From the NCBI GenBank assembly GCA_040256005.1, contig JBDZWC010000015.1, positions 2,950-34,482 of the forward strand: a DNA stretch of 31,533 bases, given 5' to 3'. This document shows, one piece after another, positions 27,360 to 31,533 of this stretch (within the stretch, counting starts at the first letter, position 1; each line of letters begins with the position of its first letter). Position numbers and translations under genes: made by a program. The stretch comes from Deinococcaceae bacterium. GTDB taxonomy: Bacteria; Deinococcota; Deinococci; Deinococcales; Trueperaceae. The notes beneath the pieces are model-generated. The model was not told the DNA's origin and did no database searches. It worked only from the letters and a program-made list of their open reading frames with translations.

Positions 27360-28315
27360 CGTCCGTACCTCCTCTCGCGCGCCTGGAAGTCGCGTACGGC
27401 GCGGAGGAAGTCCACCTTCCGGAACTCCGGCCAGTTGGCGTCGCAGAAGTAGAACTCACTGTAGGCCGTCTGCCACAGCATGAAGCCCGAAAGGCGCACT
27501 TCGCCCGAGGTGCGGATCACGAAGTCAGGGTCCGGCAGCCCGGCCGTGTAGACGTGCCTGGTGATCTCGTCGGCCTGTACCCGACCGGCGACGGTGGCCA
27601 GGTCCTCGCCGGCGTCGAGCCTGGCGCGCAGCAGGGCGTTGACCGCGTCGACGATCTCCTCCCGCCCGCCGTACCCCAGAGCGACGTTCACGAAGAGGTT
27701 GTCGTAGCTCTCGGTCGCCGCCTCCATGGCGCTGAGCGCCTGCCGGGCCGACACGGGGAAGTCCGAGATGTCGCCTATCACCTTCACACGCACGCGGTTG
27801 GCATGGAGCTTCTCGTCGGTGAGGAGCTCTCGCGCCTGTTGCGCGAAGAGGCCGTGCAGGTGCGAGACCTCGTCGGGGGCGCGGCCGCGGTTGTCGGTCG
27901 AGAAGCCCCACAGCGTCACGTGCTTGATGCCCAGCTCGAGGCACCAGTCGAGGACCTCCCTGGCCTTGCCGGCGCCGTGGTCGTGCCCGGCCTTGACGTC
28001 TAGCCCAACGGCTCTGGCGAACCGGCGGTTGCCGTCCATGATGATGCCGATGTGCTTGGGCAGGAAGCCGGCCGCCTTGATCTCGCTCAGCAGCCGCCGC
28101 TCGTACAGCCAATAGAGGGGCCGGGTCACCGCGTTGACGACGTCCAGCGTGCCCTTGGCGGCAGCTGCGCGCCGCCCGGGATTAGGCCGCTCTTCGGTAG
28201 CTGTGCTCGTGGGAGACGCGCCGACCCCGCGGGTGGCGAGCGCCCCGGGCGCCGCCGAGCCCTCCGCGTCCGTGGCTGCGGCTTCCGACCCTCGGTCGGT
28301 GGTGTCGACTGGCAC
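27356..28315 (-). CDS. uppS: cis-prenyltransferase (UppS family; Rv1086-like N-terminus)
   Basis: PKHIGIIMDGNRR, FSTDN, YGGREEI, PDPDFVIRTSGEVRLSGFMLWQ and R.RRYG. GTG is 6 nt after TAAACT. Confidence 0.88.
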   Translation of the reverse strand: MPVDTTDRGSEAAATDAEGSAAPGALATRGVGASPTSTATEERPNPGRRAAAAKGTLDVVNAVTRPLYWLYERRLLSEIKAAGFLPKHIGIIMDGNRRFARAVGLDVKAGHDHGAGKAREVLDWCLELGIKHVTLWGFSTDNRGRAPDEVSHLHGLFAQQARELLTDEKLHANRVRVKVIGDISDFPVSARQALSAMEAATESYDNLFVNVALGYGGREEIVDAVNALLRARLDAGEDLATVAGRVQADEITRHVYTAGLPDPDFVIRTSGEVRLSGFMLWQTAYSEFYFCDANWPEFRKVDFLRAVRDFQARERRYGR

Positions 28316-28358
28316 CTTCAGAGTTTAGCTGTCGGGTCCGCCGCTACAGGGAGCCAGC

Positions 28359-31300
28359 TCACTTCCCCCGCGGCGCGAGCATCGCCACCGGGGTCCTGAT
28401 CAGGATCTCGATGTCCCACCACACCGACCAGTTGCGGACGTAGTTCGCCTCCATGGACTGGCGCTCCTCGAAGGTGGCCTCGTTGCGCTCCTCCACCTGC
28501 CAGTAGCCCGTGATGCCGGGCCTGGCGAGGAAGATGATGTCGCGCTCCTCGTTCATGTCCCGCAGCTCGGAGACCAGGTAGGGGCGCGGACCCACCAGGC
28601 TCATCTGGCCCATGAGGACGTTGAAGAGCTGTGGCAGCTCGTCCAGCGACAGCCTCCTAAGGACCCTGCCGACGCGCGTCACCCGTGGGTCGTCGGTGAG
28701 CTTGCGGAACCGCAGGTACTCCTCCCGGGCCTGCGGGTCCTCCGCCATCAGCCTCTCAAGCCGTTCCTCCGCGTCCGCGAACATCGTCCTGAACTTCAGG
28801 CAGTCGAACGGCTTGCCGCCTCTGCCCACCCGCGGGGAGCGGTGCACCGGCGCGCCGGGCGAGTCGAGGCGCACGAGAAGCGCGATGAGCGCGAGGGGGA
28901 CGGCGAGGAGCACGAGCAGCACGGCCGACAGGAAGACGTCCATCGTCCGCTTGATGAAGCGGTTCGTCGGCGACGCCAGCTCGTTGCGCACCTCCAGGGC
29001 CAGCGAGGTGCCGAGCGGGGTCGCCGAGACCGAGCTGGTGGGCAGCCCACCGACGTCGGGCAGGTACTGCACGTACCGCAGCTGCCGGTCGGCGCGCCTG
29101 AGGACCTCGTCGAACTCCAGCACGCGGGCGGCTTCCGGGGTGACGACCGCGTGCCTGACGTTGTTGTCGGCGATGTAGCGCCAGGCGTGCTCGAGGTCGC
29201 CCGTGATGGGGGGGTTCTGGAGGTCCCAGGAGCCCGCTCCGAACGCGGCCACAGGGTGCAGACCGAGGCCGCGGTGGGTCGCGAGGTGCTTGGTGGTCCG
29301 CGCCGCCGCGGGGCCCGTGCCGAGCACGACGACAGCCCTGCCCCACAGGTGGAGGCCCCGCAGGACGAGCTTCACGAGCTCGCGCACGGTCGGTGCCAGC
29401 ACGACGCTGGCGACGAGGGTCACCGCCAAGGTGCTGGGCGCGAGCTCCAGCGAGCGCAGCAGGACCGACACGCTGGCGACTAGCAGCGACCCGCCGGTCG
29501 CGACCGTCACGGAGCCCGCGAGCTCCTGGTGGCTGGGGCGCCCGTACGCCGGGTAGTGCCTGGCGAGCAGCCCGACCAACGGCCAGGCGAGCACGGCGTA
29601 CACGAGCCCGGGCGCGAACGCCGCCGAGCCGTTGGCAGCGAGCAGGCCGAGCGCCAGCGCCAGCGCCCCGGCCGCGGCGTCACCGGCCGCCAGCGATAAC
29701 CTCACCGCCAGGCCGCTCAGGACGCCGGTCTCGGCCTCCGCCAGCGTCCTGTGGCCCACAGCCCTCCAGCCGAGCACCGCCGCCAACGGGTAGAGCACCG
29801 CGCCGGACAGCAGCGTGGAGTCGAACGAGTTGAGGACGATGACGCCCAGCAGCACGACCGCCGCTGCCCTGTCCCGCTGCTGCACGGCCCGCAGCGCCAG
29901 CGCCAGGAACAGGAGCACCAGCCCGCCGAACCCGACGACGCCACGCTCCACCCAGGCGGACAGCGCGGCGTTGTGGGCGTGCGAGGCGACGGGGCGCAGC
30001 CGCGGCTGCTCGTCCCCGAGCACCGCTATGGACCGAGGCAGGCCCTGCGGGCCCCAGCCGAGGAGCGGCCGGGCGGCGATCGCGTTCAGCGCGTCGTTCC
30101 AGATCGGGAAACGCGAGGCTCGCAGGGAGGCGACGCCGCGCTCGGCGCGGCCGGGGACGTAGGGCACGGGGGCGTCTGTAGCCGTGAGCTGCAGCCCTGC
30201 GAACGTGGTGCTGACGCCCGTGAGGTTGGAGCGATCCGGGACGACCCCCACGTGCCACACCAGCGGCTGGTCGCCCGTGTACCTGAAGGTCACCTGGGCG
30301 CGGACCAGGTCGTCCTCCAGCTCGAGGGCAGAGCTGCTCATGACCTCCACCGGACCCGTGCCGCGCGCCTCGTGGGCTCCTCTCACCATGGTGGTCCCGA
30401 GGTTCATCTGGACGGTCTGCCCGTCGATGGTCGTCTCGCCCCAGCCGTCGAGGCCGGGCCGGGCGTCGCCCTGCACCCGCAGGACGACGCTCATCGTGTA
30501 CGTCTGCTGGGGCTCCAGCGTCACGATCTGCTGGAGGCGCGACCACGGGTCGGCGGAGCGCTTGGTGACCGTGAACGCGGTACGTTCCACGCCGTCCACG
30601 GCGACCTTGCCGTCGACGAACGTCACGCCGAGGGGGAACCACCAGTCGCCGTCGGCCACCTCTGTGCCCCTGAAGACGTTGGCGTCGGGTTGCGCCGGCT
30701 GGAACGCCGTCAGGAAGCCCGTGCGGCCCACGCCGAGCGGAGCCAGCAGGCCGGACGCCAGCAGGAACATGATGCCGATGAGGACCCACTCGGCGCCGTG
30801 CGTGCCGGGCGTGCCGCGCCGCTTCACGAGCCTCAGGCCCAGCGATACGAGGAGCCAGGCGAACATCGCCTCGCGGGCGCCCGAGAGGATCACGCCGGCG
30901 GCGCCCAAGGCCAGCGCCACGACCCTCAGCCGCGGCGAGGGCACCACGATCGCGAGCAGCGCCGCCAGCACGAGCATCATGTGCCCGAACGTCGCGGGAT
31001 GCGTCTGCCAGGTGATGGCGTCGAGCGGTGTGCGGGCCGTGGCCCACTGGAAGCCGTCGAGCTGCCGCAAGCCGACGAGGAACGCGATCAGCAGGCCGAC
31101 CACCAGGCCGGCGCCGACCGCGTTGCCGACGTCCCTCTGCGCCAGGGAGTGCCTGAGGGCCGTAGACGACCGATAGATGAGCCAGGCGGCGAGGACCTGT
31201 GCCCCTGTGCCGAGCCCCTCGGTCACGTGCCCGGTGACCACGAACGGAGCACTGAGCAGCAGGGCCGCCGCCCACCACAGCCGATCGGCGCGCTGGATCT

Positions 31301-31427
31301 CCAGCCGGTGGTTGAGCCAGGTGAGGAGCGCCAGGAACGGACCCGCCGCCGGGACGGCTGCGAAGCCCACGCCCGCGAGGAAGGCGGCGCCGTTGAGCAG
31401 CCTCGGCCGAGCAGACTCGTGTGCCAC
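28359..31427 (-). CDS. fusion of an O-antigen-ligase (Wzy_C/WaaL-like) domain with a WbaP/WcaJ-type polyprenol phosphoglycosyl transferase
   Basis: N half has SG.R, R..IW..A...I..RPLLGWG and HAHN...E.G.VG. C half has a TM bundle, VVVLGTG, KR.MD, KFRTM, DPRVTRVG..LR..SLDELPQL.NVL.G.MSLVGPRP, PGITG.WQV and YVRNWS.W.D. One uninterrupted 1022-aa ORF; GTG is 6 nt after TAGACT. Confidence 0.88.
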   Translation of the reverse strand: MAHESARPRLLNGAAFLAGVGFAAVPAAGPFLALLTWLNHRLEIQRADRLWWAAALLLSAPFVVTGHVTEGLGTGAQVLAAWLIYRSSTALRHSLAQRDVGNAVGAGLVVGLLIAFLVGLRQLDGFQWATARTPLDAITWQTHPATFGHMMLVLAALLAIVVPSPRLRVVALALGAAGVILSGAREAMFAWLLVSLGLRLVKRRGTPGTHGAEWVLIGIMFLLASGLLAPLGVGRTGFLTAFQPAQPDANVFRGTEVADGDWWFPLGVTFVDGKVAVDGVERTAFTVTKRSADPWSRLQQIVTLEPQQTYTMSVVLRVQGDARPGLDGWGETTIDGQTVQMNLGTTMVRGAHEARGTGPVEVMSSSALELEDDLVRAQVTFRYTGDQPLVWHVGVVPDRSNLTGVSTTFAGLQLTATDAPVPYVPGRAERGVASLRASRFPIWNDALNAIAARPLLGWGPQGLPRSIAVLGDEQPRLRPVASHAHNAALSAWVERGVVGFGGLVLLFLALALRAVQQRDRAAAVVLLGVIVLNSFDSTLLSGAVLYPLAAVLGWRAVGHRTLAEAETGVLSGLAVRLSLAAGDAAAGALALALGLLAANGSAAFAPGLVYAVLAWPLVGLLARHYPAYGRPSHQELAGSVTVATGGSLLVASVSVLLRSLELAPSTLAVTLVASVVLAPTVRELVKLVLRGLHLWGRAVVVLGTGPAAARTTKHLATHRGLGLHPVAAFGAGSWDLQNPPITGDLEHAWRYIADNNVRHAVVTPEAARVLEFDEVLRRADRQLRYVQYLPDVGGLPTSSVSATPLGTSLALEVRNELASPTNRFIKRTMDVFLSAVLLVLLAVPLALIALLVRLDSPGAPVHRSPRVGRGGKPFDCLKFRTMFADAEERLERLMAEDPQAREEYLRFRKLTDDPRVTRVGRVLRRLSLDELPQLFNVLMGQMSLVGPRPYLVSELRDMNEERDIIFLARPGITGYWQVEERNEATFEERQSMEANYVRNWSVWWDIEILIRTPVAMLAPRGK

Positions 31428-31533
31428 GGAGCAAGTCTATGTGGTCTGCATGTTGCCTCTATGACGTCTCGTTAGCGTCACCGTAAGGTTCGGGCAGAAC
31501 GGGCCGTGATCAGCTACCGCGACGGTGGTCCCC

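Overview
This is a high-GC (about 70%) core-chromosome window, most likely from a Deinococcota (Truepera-like) bacterium. That assignment is inferred from gene content and from the many TANNNT -10 boxes sitting 6-8 nt before start codons (leaderless genes). It holds about 26 mostly housekeeping CDS: an ABC-2 exporter, a DMT transporter, ilvE, galE, ribH, a tRNA nucleotidyltransferase, coaE, tkt, a secreted VWA/Ig-repeat protein, a thioesterase, bioY, a FadF-like Fe-S oxidoreductase, a PAS/GAF/HD-GYP protein, SCO, Crp/Fnr, pyrR-pyrB-pyrC with a PyrR-binding leader, an aldehyde dehydrogenase, and a glycan trio (manC, cis-prenyltransferase, and a fused O-antigen-ligase/WbaP protein). No mobile elements, CRISPR, tRNA or rRNA were seen. 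The most striking unexplained feature is an approximately 175-nt minus-strand transcription unit (about 15242-15416) with its own -10 box and terminator. It carries a 16-nt complement of the 16S rRNA 3' end, a second SD in a predicted loop and its own anti-SD, but no canonical start codon. Next are the ligase/phosphoglycosyl-transferase fusion and a predicted CC-only tRNA nucleotidyltransferase.
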